From Octopus sinensis (lineage: Eukaryota): 64,000 nucleotides of DNA. Shown piece after piece: positions 27,869 through 40,829 of this stretch. The notes below the pieces were generated by a model. The model saw only the letters and a list, made by a program, of their open reading frames with translations, was not told the DNA's origin and did no database searches. A program made the position numbers and the translations under genes. Position 1 is the stretch's first letter. Each line of letters begins with the position of its first letter. The stretch is taken from the NCBI RefSeq assembly GCF_006345805.1, contig NC_043008.1, forward strand, positions 54,312,001 through 54,376,000, written 5' to 3'.

Positions 27869-28366
27869 TTATACATATTTTTCGTCACCAGTCACACATC
27901 TATCCAAAAAGGGTAAAATGAGTTCGCAAGAATGGAGAGAAGAGTAGATGTCAACTCGGGATTTGCGGTTGCTTTCAGACAATTCCTATATATATAAATT
28001 CGAAAAAAAATCACCTTTTATCAATTCAATAATGAAAAATTAAATTATACCATTTAGAAAAATTACATATTATAGAAAGATTAAATATAAGATAAAACAT
28101 ATAAATAAAACGTATTTTATTTATTATTTTGCACATTACTTAATCATTGTTATATGTTTTATCTTATATTTAATCTTTCTATAATATGTAATTTTTCTAA
28201 ATGGTATAATTTAATTTTTCATTATTGAACTGATAAAAGGTGGGTTTTTTTCTAATTTATATATATTTATTATTATATTTTGTGAAATTTGATTTAGTAT
28301 TTCTAAATTGAATTTTTCCCTGTAAGTTTGGAATATTCCCTCATATTATTATTATTATTATTATTA

Positions 28367-28442
<76 letters not shown>

Positions 28443-29164
28443 TATATATATATATATATATATCCTTTACTACACTTAACAGTCTAAATTCAGAGAACTT
28501 TGATTGTTTGGGACTGTCACTAGACAGGTTCACGCAACCTTGAAAGCTTTAATATACGGTGCCAAATACATTATCTCATGGCATTAAAGACGGACGTAGA
28601 GGGTAACTTACAAAAATTTCTAAATCCAATCACGTGATCATCCTTAAAAGGTATCCAAAACAGATATTAATTTGTGCCATGTTCTCTCTCTTAAAAAGAA
28701 AACGTGAATTTCTTAACTCCAGTCAGAATTAAGACAGTTGTAGCATAGCACCATGTCTTTCTCTCTCAACTTTTGAAAATCATAAAAATCTGTGAAAACG
28801 GTTAAGTCTTTAAAAGGTTTAAAATTAAACACTAATCGAATCCTAGTGCATTTTTAAGTTACTTTTTCTATATTTCTATTTGTGTGGAATTTTATATATA
28901 TATAAAATCAGAATAAGCAACAGGGTATCAAGGAGTGATGCAGTACGACCGCTTTAAGCGACCCCATTTAAATGAACAATGCAATCATTACATCAATTTT
29001 AATGCAATGCCATCTTCAGCTGCACATATAAATGCATGGAATTTTAACAAGTAGGAAATATTAATATAATTTTTCTTAAATATTTTAACAGAGCAAGAGG
29101 ATGGAAGAAATTCATGTTGTCGTTATTGTATCTCAGAAAAGACAACTTCTAATAATGGCATGGA

Positions 29165-29653
<489 letters not shown>

Positions 29654-29989
29654 GTATCCATGTATGTATCTATGTATGTATGTATTTATGTATGGAACAA
29701 ATAAATAATAATTCTCTTTTTTAAAAAATCTGTGATATTTGAAACCGCATACAAACTATTCGAAGATATATGTTTTTCCAAGCAAGAATTTCAAAGTATT
29801 TCATGTAGACTTTCGACTAAGCTTGATGTTTTTTATATTGTTCCCAACTTGATGATGCAATTCCGGACTGAATCAAGACCTCTTTCATGTAGGTACATGA
29901 TCTAGACATACAGTTCTATAGTTAAGAGATGAGGAATTATGTACATTATTTACATTTGATGGATATTTGTCCTCTTCTTCTTTGCTGCT

Positions 29990-30035
29990 AACACAACGTT
30001 TCGGCTGATATACCTTCCAGCCTTCTTCAGGTATC
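29990..30035 (-). ncRNA. Minimal type I hammerhead ribozyme motif (PLE-type), intact core
   Basis: Minus strand reads GATAC-CTGAAGA-A-GGCTG-GAAGGTATAT-CAGCC-GAAAC-GTT^GTGTT: full catalytic core, 5-bp stem II, stem I GATAC/GTGTT (two G-U pairs), palindromic AACGTT stem III. Confidence 0.75.
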
Positions 30036-30314
30036 CTGGGGAAATTTCGAACCAGGGATCTCATTCTTAAGGTATTTTTGCGATGTTGTTATTATTATTT
30101 TTTTTCTTCTTCTTTCAAATTTGCTTCCATTTCTTGCCGAGTGTCTTCCCGACTCCTAGAGCAAAGAAACTCATAGTATACATTGGTAGGCCATTAAACT
30201 AAACTCAATAGTTCGTTCATTTTTTTTTAAGTTAAATTAAAATACATGGGTAGTAATTGTTCTCACAGCGACAATGCTCTTCTCAATACGTGTAATGTAC
30301 CAGTTAAGACAATC

Positions 30315-30355
<41 letters not shown>

Positions 30356-30425
30356 TATTATTATTATTATTATTATTATAGAAAAATACCTTAGGAATGA
30401 GAAACCAGGTTCGAAATTTCCCCGA

Positions 30426-30471
30426 GACACCTGATGAAAGTTGGAGGTTATATCAGCCGAAACGTTGTGTT
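30426..30471 (+). ncRNA. Minimal type I hammerhead ribozyme motif, second copy with weakened stem II
   Basis: GACAC-CTGATGA-A-AGTTG-GAGGTTATAT-CAGCC-GAAAC-GTT^GTGTT; stem I GACAC/GTGTT; first stem II pair is A-C instead of G-C. Confidence 0.65.
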
Positions 30472-30639
30472 AACAACAAACAAGATGAGGACAAATATCT
30501 GTCAATTGTAAATAATATAAATAATGATTTAAACATACTTTTAATATGTACTCAATTATTTTGTTCTCAATATCCAACTAATATTTTTAGTGCTTATTTT
30601 ATACTGAGCCCTTTGACTCATAAATTGATCAATATATCT

Positions 30640-30968
30640 TTAATCTTTTACTTGTTTCAGTCATTAGATTGTGGTCATGCTGGAACACCACCTTGAATTT
30701 TTAGCCAACTTACTCGTTCTCTTTTGCCGAGCCGCTAAGTTACGGGGATGCCAACACACCAATACCGGTTGTCAAATGGTAGGGGTGGGGGACAAACACA
30801 GACAGAAAGACACACACATAGTTATATGTTTCCGTCTTCTAAATCCACTTACAAGACTTTGTTCGGTCTAAGACTATAGTAGAAGACTTGTCCAAGGTGC
30901 CACGCAGTGGGACCCGGAACCAAATGATTGAGAAGCAAGCTTCTTACTACACAGCCATGCCTGCGCCT
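30640..30968 (-). mobile_element. SINE family C
   Basis: Tail TTTTACTTGTTTCAGTCATT through head ACACAGCCATGCCTGCGCC. Confidence 0.75.
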
Positions 30969-31421
30969 ACACACACACACACACATACATATATATATAA
31001 TATAAATTAGAGATAAAACCACTATTATGCAACTCAAACAGTGATAGACTGTTTGAGTTGCATAATAGTGGTTTCATCTCTAATTTATATTTTATATATT
31101 AATATTGTGAAATTTGATTTAATACTAAATTGAATTTTTCCCTGTAAGTTTGGAGTTATACTCCCTAATATTATTATATATATACTGATGTTTGTTTTTG
31201 TTACAATTTTACATTAAACTAAAGGATAATTCAATACTTTTGTAAAGTACAGATTTATTATTCTTTGGCAAAAATACCGATTTCAAAATTTCCACCGTCT
31301 AAGCGATCATCGGACTGTACGATGATGGATTAGCTGGCGGAAATTTCGAAGTTACTGTCAATAATATTCTTGTAGAAGAATTTTCTATACGTATGTGTGT
31401 ATAGATGCGTGTGTACCCTTG

Positions 31422-31502
<81 letters not shown>

Positions 31503-31709
31503 GAATACGCATGTTTATTTAAATTTTGAAATAGTCAGGAGATACGTGTTAAAAGGTAGATAGATGCCTGTGTGGGGTTTTTTTGTGCGTGTGTGTTGTT
31601 GTAACCGTATTCCTACCACACTGATACGAATATACTCCTACAAGGCGTGTAATTGTTTTTGTGTCTACATCCATATAACATACATACATACATACATATA
31701 TTTATGTAT

Positions 31710-31752
<43 letters not shown>

Positions 31753-31792
31753 TATATATATTTATATAATACGTACGTTTCAGGTTTTCATA

Positions 31793-31825
<33 letters not shown>

Positions 31826-32555
31826 CACCCCAAACTCACAGGAAAAAGCGTATATACACACAGATAGACACCTATGCACAGATAGGTGCGTGGTAATCTG
31901 CATGCGTTCTTCCATATGTAGATGTATACATACATTCAAAATACATTCATATACACATACAAACAAACACATATACAAACACTCACATACACGCGCGCGC
32001 ACAAACACATACACATGGAAACAGAGAAGGAGAGCGCGACAGACAACCAGACATAAAGACAGACAGACATGCAGAAATATTTCATAGATGCCCGTCGTAA
32101 CAGTCATTAATATTTTTGTACGAATCACCACGATTTCTCGTTCAAATTTCCCAATATGTTCATTGTGTTGAGACATACATGTGAAGGAATGTTTACATCA
32201 ACTAGCAGCACATGCGATGTTGTTTATTTTCTTAAACAACATTTATGGCGTAACTGACGTGGAGACAAGCATGCACCACGCCTTTTCTTAATTCATTCCT
32301 CCTCTAAAATCGCCCTTGTCTTCATGCTGAACAAAGGAAGAAATAATTCACGTTTATTCACGTTTAATCACGCGTGATTCTTCGCCCGCCAATTTTTTCT
32401 TTTTTTTTTGTTATTCTTTTTTTAATTTTATTTTCATTTCTTTTATGACTCCGTCTCTTTTCTTTTCTATTTCTCTTTCTTTGTTTCTCCATCTCTCCTT
32501 CTCTCTCTCTCTTGCTCTCTTTCTCTTTCCCTTTCTCTTTTATTTTTCCTTTGTA

Positions 32556-32595
<40 letters not shown>

Positions 32596-32729
32596 CACAC
32601 ATACATATATATATACATATGTGTATATACGTGTACGCACACATAGATATATCTCTCCACTTATCTTTCTATACATATGTATACAATCATATATATATAT
32701 GTATGTGTATATATATATGTATGTGTATA

Positions 32730-32771
<42 letters not shown>

Positions 32772-34269
32772 ATATATCCATACATACATATATGTGTGTG
32801 TGTGTTTGTGCGTGTGTGTGTGTATCGATCGTCATTAAATCATAAATCGGTAAAAGAAACCCACTCTAAGTTATAGAGCTGTAGGATAACCTTATCTGTC
32901 GACCTTAAAGAAAATATCCCCTCTCTGAAAACTTTCATATCTCTATCTATCTATGTATCTCAATCTCTCGACTTATATATCTATCTAGCTATCTCCATTA
33001 ATCTATCTACCTCTCTGCTTCTCCTTCTCCTTCACTATCTCCTTAACCACAATATCTTACTCTCCCACACACACTTTTACTCAAAATGTAATCATTTGAC
33101 AAAACCAGCGAGACACAATGTCTCACAAATATGTGCCTTCTGTCCAATACTTCCGATTGGCTTTCACACAGTTTCTGTGCTGACTAATTTCACTTACAAG
33201 GTTCGGGTTGCTAGGCGAGAGTAAAAAGGCACTTGCCCAGGCTACCAAACGGTGGGTGTCGAACTATTAACCATGCAATGCCATCTTCAGCTGCACAAAT
33301 AAATACATGGAATTTTAACAAGTAGGAAATAATATAATTTTTCTTAAATATTTTAACAGAGCAAAAGGATGGAAGAAATTCATGTTGTCGCTATTGTATC
33401 TAAGAATAGACAACTTCTAATAATGGCATGGAGGGATAAAAGCGAACACGGTTGGGCATGTTGTTTGATACACTATTTACGCTATACGTTGCGGCATTTA
33501 AACATTCTGATTGATAGATAAGTAAATGCGAGTATAAATTCAACTTACGATGAAAGTAACCAGAGTTTGCTTTAGAAGCGTTGAGAGGTATTGAAAAATA
33601 AAGAAACAATTTTATTCTCAAACGCAGGATAATACTAATAATATAGGGGGAACCGGATAAACTATCCATATATTGCAGAACAATTCGTTTCGGCGTATAT
33701 CGCAGAGTAACTGAAGACTGGGTCCTGAGTTTTGATTGCACCGCCTTCCAAAGAAATAGAAAAAAGGCATCAAGGTTCAGAGATGTCGCGTGCTTCATTA
33801 AGAGAGAGACAGACAGACAGGCAGAAAGATTACGAAGAATTATTTCATTAAAATAGTTCAGCCCTATTTGGAAACCGCATAGCATCGAACTAACGAAGAA
33901 ACTTCAAAGTGGTCAAGTGATCTATTACAAATAACAGCCTAATCTCTCTCAAACCACACACAACTGTCTTATGAAACGAAGGACAATTTGAATAACGTAG
34001 CCCTTATACGTTGTGCACGCCTATAAAAACACAACAGAAGGGATGGTCATGGCTGCAAAAACCTTTGATCATAGATTTGTCAGGTCAAGGGACGAGACCT
34101 AATGGTACACCAAGAATGGGATGGTTAAATAGTATCCATAGTTTCGGTTAGTCAAGCTCAGGAATTCAACCGGAAAGTGTAATGATGGGTGTTTCTGATA
34201 AAACCCTAAGGAAGAGTGCCTGGGGACTCTACTCCCACGACCTTTCCATGTATAGTGAATGAAGAACAT

Positions 34270-34745
34270 GGATGGATGGAAGGACGGACGGACGGACGGG
34301 TGGATGGATGGATGGATGGATGGATGGATGAATGGATGGATGGATGATGGATGGATGGATGGATGGATGGATGCATGGATGGATGAATGGATGGATGGAT
34401 GAATGGATGGATGGATGGATGAATGGGTGGATGGATGGATGGATGGATGGATGGATGAATGGATGGATGGATGGATGGATGGATGAATGGATGGATGGAT
34501 GGATGGATGGATGGATAAATGGATGGATGGATGGATGGATGGATGAATGGATGGATGGATGGATGAATGGGTGGATGGATGGATGGATGGATAAATGGAT
34601 GGATGGATGAATGGATGGATGGATGGATGGATGGATGAATGGATGGATGGATGGATGGATGAATGGGTGGATGGATGGATGGATGGTTGGTTGGATGGGT
34701 GGATGGATGGATGGATGGATGATTGGTTGGATGGATGGATGGATG
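34270..34745. repeat. (GGAT)n microsatellite
   Basis: Direct reading. Confidence 0.95.
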
Positions 34746-35139
34746 GGCGGACTTCTTTCGGTTTCCGACTGCCAACTCACAAGGCCTCAGGAAGCAAATT
34801 TCTTACCACACAGCCACGCTTTGCTTATACGTTTACGTTCTTCTGTTATATATTGAAATTCTTGTTTAATTACGTTTTTCGTATAAATTTACCTGCCGTT
34901 GTTAATCAACAGGTAATAAGTAGACGCTTTGGTAACATGTTTATTATATCCCTTCATCGGAGACGATGTGAGAAAATGGTTAAACAATAGTTAATTTAGA
35001 TAGGATACAAAATAGAGAGTGAGGTGGAGGAAAGAAAATAAATGTGAGATATGCAGGGATATTGCATTTGTGGATCCATTATTTAGGCAGAATGGTATAC
35101 ATATAAGATTCCAATACCTTGTGAGTAAAATGGAAAGAA

Positions 35140-36131
35140 TGCTTGAATGGAAGAACTTGAAGAAGATGGTCTGCAAAATTCAGATGTGGAGATTTCAGCC
35201 TTGAAGATGAAGATCGAACAGGACGTCCACTTGAGTTTGATGATAAGCTCCCTGGGGCATTACTTGAAGAAAATCCTTCATTATCAGTTGAAGAATTAGC
35301 AATAAAGCTTAGTTCAAACCATGCAACTGTACATCGTTATCTTCAACAACTTGGAAATGTTCCTTAACTGGGTGTCTCGTGAATTGTCCGAAAGCAACCG
35401 CAATTCCCGAGTTGACATCTGCTCTTCTCTCCATTCTCGCGAAATCGTTTCACCCTTTTTGGATAGACTTGTGACTGGTGGCGAAAAATTGATCTTCTAT
35501 CGAAATGTTAAATGTCGTAAACAGTGGCTTGGTAAAAGGGAAAAAGCTCAACAACAACAACCGAGAAGGGAACTTCATGGGAAAAAGGTTCTTCTCTCTA
35601 TCTGGTGGAATTGCAAAGAAGTAATTCACTTTGAATTGTTACCACCTAATGCAACAATCAATGCTCAAGTCTACTGTCAGCAATTAAAGTGTTTAAAGCA
35701 AGCTTTGATGAAAAAAAGACCCGCTTTAGTGAATCGAAAAGGAGTGATGTTTCATCAGGACAATGCGTGACCCCATACAACAAAGATCACATCACAGAAG
35801 ATTGAAGAGCTTGGTTGGGAAAAATTTCTCATCCACCTTATTCTCCCAACCTTGCTCCTTCAGACTACCATTTGTTTCGTAGTTTACAGAATCATATTGG
35901 AGATATAACTTTCGCAAGCCATGAGGAGGTCGAAACTGAAATTTCAGAGTTCTTCGCTTTGAAACCAAAAAGAGTTTTACGTTGATGGGATTTAAAAGCT
36001 TGCGAATAGATGGAAGGAAGTCATAGACAATCAAGGAATGTACATTGGTAATTTAAATTTCAATTAAATATAACATTTGATCACTTGTTTTCTTTATTCA
36101 AAATTCGGACAGAACTTATGGGATAACCTGA
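35140..36131 (+). mobile_element. mariner (DD34D) transposon, 5'-truncated, transposase pseudogene
   Basis: GDFSLEDEDRTGRP; WVSRELS; LVTGGEK; KKVLLSIWW; FHQDNA*PH ... HPPYSPNLAPSDYHLF, with 34 residues between the last two Asp after one frameshift; right TIR GGACAGAACTTATGGGATAACCTG. Confidence 0.92.
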
Positions 36132-36154
36132 CATTTCGGATATATGATATATTG

Positions 36155-36235
<81 letters not shown>

Positions 36236-37790
36236 TGTAATAAATTAAGAGAATAAAATGGAGAGTTAGTGGTAAATTTTATTAATAAATTGATAATCAT
36301 TATCAATTTATTAATAATTATTAACCACTAACTCTCCTTTTTCTTCTCTTAATTTAATACGGATTATATACTTAATATATACCTATTGATTTAGGCATAC
36401 TTTATTTCCCAAAGCCGTAAGGTATAGAACCAGCGTTTTTCTTGGATGTAAATCATCCCTTTAAGAGGTTAATATATCCTCTAATTAATTTCTATATATA
36501 TATATATTATATATATATATATTATATATATATGTATATACAGAAGGGACAGAATACAAAGTAGAGCTTTTCTTTTTGGGAAGAAGAGAAGGAAAAACAG
36601 GAATCGAATTCCGATGAAAGGGGATCGTGAAAACAAAAAAGTGGGGGCGGACGATCAATAGGGATCGTGTAGAAGTAATTAAGTGTAGCAACTGGCGGAA
36701 TCATTACAGCGTTGGACAAAATGCCTTCCATATTTATTTCAGCCCCTTTATCGAAGAGCAGATGTGAGTTATAATGTAAATCTCCTCTTTCCCAGAAATC
36801 TGTAGTCAATCACATCGTAACTGAACTTGCCACTGCACATCGATAAGTGTATTAAACAACCATTCACTATATTATATGCAATTACAGAAGACACTAAGGG
36901 TATGTATAAGTCAATGTGTGTATGTGTTTGTGTGTATCTATGCTTGCATTTGTGTTTACGTATGTATGTATGTATGTATGTATGTATGTATGTATGATGT
37001 ATGTATGTATGTATGAATGTATGTATGTATGTATGTATGTATGCAGGTTTCTATTTGTGTGCTTGTACATTGTGTGCATACATGCGCATCTATGTGTTTG
37101 TGTTTATGTGTGTGTACATGGTTATACACGAGTTTCCATTGTTTAAGATCTCTATACTGTGATGGTATTGTTTTCCATGCAACGGCTATTACATCACATA
37201 TAATTTTTTTTTCATTGATTTGCTCAGGAGCGAAGAACTGCGCCCATTATTTACACATGTCCTCTGAGACTATTAAATTTTATGCCAGTACCGTGCGTCT
37301 TAAAACAACGGAAAATACATAAACAAATAACTACTTAAGATTATTGTTACATCAGTCAACATTTATCTACAAAGGTTTTTATAAGATTCATCAATAACAA
37401 CTACGAACAGGCTATCCCAGTTACTAATGACTAGGAACTTTAATATGCCAGTCACCGATAACTACTAGGGACATTTCTATAGCAACAACAGTTAGGAACG
37501 TTTATATACCAGTCGCCAGTAACGGCTAAGAACCATTATAGCAGTCACTAACTGGAAAAGGTTATATCTATCACTAATGATTGCTAAGAGATGTTGTACT
37601 AGTCGTCAATAGCTACGAACTTTAAAATACCAGTCGCCAATATCTGCTAGGAACTTTTATATACGAGTCACCAATAACTACTAGTAACTGCTATACCAGT
37701 CACCAAAATGTTATAACAGTCACCAATAGTTACTAGAAGTTATATTAGTCATCAATAACTATTATGGAGTGTAATACACTAGCCGCCAAA

Positions 37791-38005
37791 GGCGGCGAGC
37801 TGGCAGAAACGTTAGTACGCCGGGCGAAATGCTTAGCGGTATTTCGTCTGCCGTTACGTTGTGAGTTCAAATTCCGCCGAGGTCGACTTTTCCTTTCATC
37901 TTTTCGGGGTCGATAAATTAAGTACCAGTTGTGTACTGGGGGTCGATCTAATCGACTGGCCCCCCTCACAAAAAATTCGGGGCTTTGTGCCTTGAGTAGA
38001 AAAGA
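37791..38005 (+). mobile_element. CORE-type SINE family B, monomer
   Basis: GGCGGCGAGCTGGCAGAAACGTTAG head, B box GAGTTCAAATTCC, CORE-like CTTT(G)CCTTTCATC.TTTCGGGGTCGATAAATTAAGTACCAG. Confidence 0.85.
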
Positions 38006-38051
38006 ATATACCAGTCGCCAATAACGACTGGGAACTGCTATACCAGTCACA

Positions 38052-38448
38052 GGAGGCGCAATGGCCCAGTGGTTAGGGCAGCGGACTCGCGGTCGTAGGA
38101 TCGCAGTTTCGATTCCCAGACCGGGCGTTGTGAGTATTTATTGAGCGAAAACACCTAAAAGCTCCACGAGGCTCCAGCAGGGGATGGTGGTGATCCCTGC
38201 TGTACTCTTTCACCTCAACTTTCTCTCACTCTTACTTCCTGTTTCTGTTGTACCTGTATTTCAAAGGGCCGGCCTTGTCACACTCTGTGTCACGCTGAAT
38301 ATCCCCGAGAACTACGTTAAGGGTGCACGTGTCTGTGGATTGCTCAGCCACTTACACGTTAATTTCACGAGCAGGCTGTTCCGTTGATCGGATCAACCGG
38401 AACCCTCATCGTCGTAACCGACGGAGTGCTTCCACCAGTTCACGTTTC
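38052..38448 (+). mobile_element. SINE family A (tail type 1), full length
   Basis: Near-identical to the other copies; TSD ATACCAGTCACA at 38040-38051 and 38449-38460. Confidence 0.9.
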
Positions 38449-38903
38449 ATACCAGTCACAAATGCTAAGAAATGTTATAATAGTTACCAATAATTACTAG
38501 GAGCCACAATACTAGTTGTCAATAACTACGAACTTTAAAACGCCAGTCACGAAAATGTTATAACATTCACCAATAACTGCTAGAGATTGCTATACTGGTC
38601 GTCAATAACTTTAATGTACCAGCCGCCTATGACGACTGAGAACTGTTTAACAAAGTCCTCAATAACTTCTAGGAATTATTATACTAGTCACCAATAACTA
38701 CTAAGAGATGTTGTAATAGTCACCAATAACTACTAGAAGCTTCTAAACTAGTCGAGATTGGGACAACTACGAACTTTAAAATACCAATTGTCGATAACTT
38801 CTAGGAACTTTTAAATGCCGGTCACCAATAACTACTAAAAAATGTTATAATAATCACTAACAAATGCTAGGAGCTGCTATACCAGTCGTTCAATGAACTT
38901 TAA

Positions 38904-39121
38904 CCATTTAGTGTTCTGATTATTCTATCAAACATATTGCTAATTGATTCACATTGATTTGAATTAATCAAGCATTATCTCATATCTTCAAGATGTTGAT
39001 GGTGTATTACTTAATGTAGAATAACATTGTAGGGTAGGTGTGAGAGCCTGAATCTGGTCAGTTTGAACATAAAACAGATTAAATATTTTGGCCGAATATG
39101 GCCGATTTAAGTACTAAAGGG
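38904..39121. mobile_element. piggyBac-like MITE (218 bp)
   Basis: TTAA|CCATTTAGT ... ACTAAAGGG|TTAA: TTAA duplication with short TIRs. Confidence 0.7.
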
Positions 39122-39519
39122 TTAATATACCAGTCACCAATAACGACTGGGAATTGTTATATCAGTCTTCAAAAATTGTTAGGGACTGTTATATAGCAGT
39201 CACCAATGACTATATAGAGCTATTACATCATTGATCAATATCTACTAGGATCTGTGACATGTCCAAAACCACACAATATCACGCATGCTACTCCAACCGA
39301 CGATACCCAATCGTGACTGCGTCCAATACTTACCACCTCAATTAACAGCTAATTAATTAAGAAAAACAACTAAGTAAAAGCCTCTCGGCCATCATGTACA
39401 TTAGTGTTCATCGGTGGAGAAAACTTGGAAATCAATAACGAAACTTATAACTCATTTCTTCATTTGTCAGTCGTAACCAGATCATAATGACACGATGTAC
39501 ACAGATGCTTCTTATTCTT

Positions 39520-39562
39520 CTTGTTCTTATTCTTATTATCATTATTATTATTATTATTATCA

Positions 39563-39604
<42 letters not shown>

Positions 39605-39677
39605 ATTATTATTATTATTATTATTATCATCATCATCATCGTCATCATCATCATCATCATTATTATTATTATTATCA

Positions 39678-39711
<34 letters not shown>

Positions 39712-39792
39712 CATCCTCATCATCATTATTATTATTATTATTATCATCCTCATCATCATTATTATTATTATTATTATCATCCTCATCATCAT

Positions 39793-39824
<32 letters not shown>

Positions 39825-39997
39825 ATTATTATTATTATTATCATCCTCATCATCATTATTATTATTATTATTATCATCATCATCATTATTATTATTATTA
39901 TTATTATCATCATCATCATCATTATTATTATTATTATTATTTATCATCATCATCATCATTATTATTATTATTATTATTATTATCATCATCATCCTCA

Positions 39998-40037
<40 letters not shown>

Positions 40038-40152
40038 TCATCATTATTATTATTATTATTATTTATCATCATCATCATTATATTATTATTATTATCAATC
40101 ATCATCATCATCATCATCATTATTATTATTATTATTATTATTATCATCATCA

Positions 40153-40198
<46 letters not shown>

Positions 40199-40323
40199 CA
40201 TCATTATTATTATTATTATTATCATCATCATCATCATCATCATCATCATTATTATTATTATTATTATTATCATCATCATCATCATTAGTATTATTATTAT
40301 TATTATGATTATTATTATCATCA

Positions 40324-40359
<36 letters not shown>

Positions 40360-40360
40360 G
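39520..40360. repeat. (TAT)n/(CAT)n compound tract
   Basis: Direct reading. Confidence 0.95.
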
Positions 40361-40712
40361 TATCTTCCTCCTCTTCCTTCTCCACCTCCACCCTTATTTC
40401 TTCTGCGTTTTCGTCTTCTTTCTCTTCTTCCTCTCCTATCTCTCTTTTCCTTTTACATCTTCACCTCCCCCCCTCCCACTTTCATCCGTTCCACTTTTGC
40501 TTCTTTTGGTTATTAGCACACCAGACAAAATGCTTAGTGCCGGACAAAATGCTTAGTGACAGTTCGTCTGCCTTTACGTTCGGAGTTCAAATCCCGCATG
40601 ATCGATTTTGCCTTTCATCCTTTCGGGGTCGATAAAATAAATACTAGTCAAGCACTGGGATCGATATAATTGACTTGTCCCCTCCCACAAGATTTAAGGC
40701 CTATTATTATTA

Positions 40713-40766
<54 letters not shown>

Positions 40767-40767
40767 C

Positions 40768-40799
<32 letters not shown>

Positions 40800-40829
40800 C
40801 ATTATTATTATTATTATTATTATTATATG

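Larger units (their letters stand above)
29936..30525. mobile_element. Head-to-head inverted pair of ~144-bp hammerhead-bearing repeats (PLE pseudo-LTR-like)
   Basis: 29936-30079 (-) and 30382-30525 (+) align from AAAAATACCTTA.GAATGAGA to GGACAAATATC...TGTAAATAAT; each carries one hammerhead motif. Confidence 0.65.
37395..39250. repeat. Degenerate ~30-35 bp minisatellite (ATACCAGTCACCAATAACTACTAGGAACT-like) with three TE insertions
   Basis: AGTC(A/G)(C/T)CAATAAC motif recurs every ~20-35 bp throughout. Confidence 0.8.

Noticed and set aside
31290-31350. IGLYDDGLA, resembling the PLE GLYRDDGLA motif
   Set aside because: A single short motif with a residue missing and no colinear neighbours I could read reliably.
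33400-33885. 161-aa non-repetitive minus-strand ORF
   Set aside because: No recognisable motif, no convincing splice context, and its end overlaps a dispersed duplication.
38052-38130. tRNA gene-like sequences at SINE heads
   Set aside because: A and B boxes are present but the acceptor and anticodon stems are incomplete, and each continues into a SINE body with TSDs.
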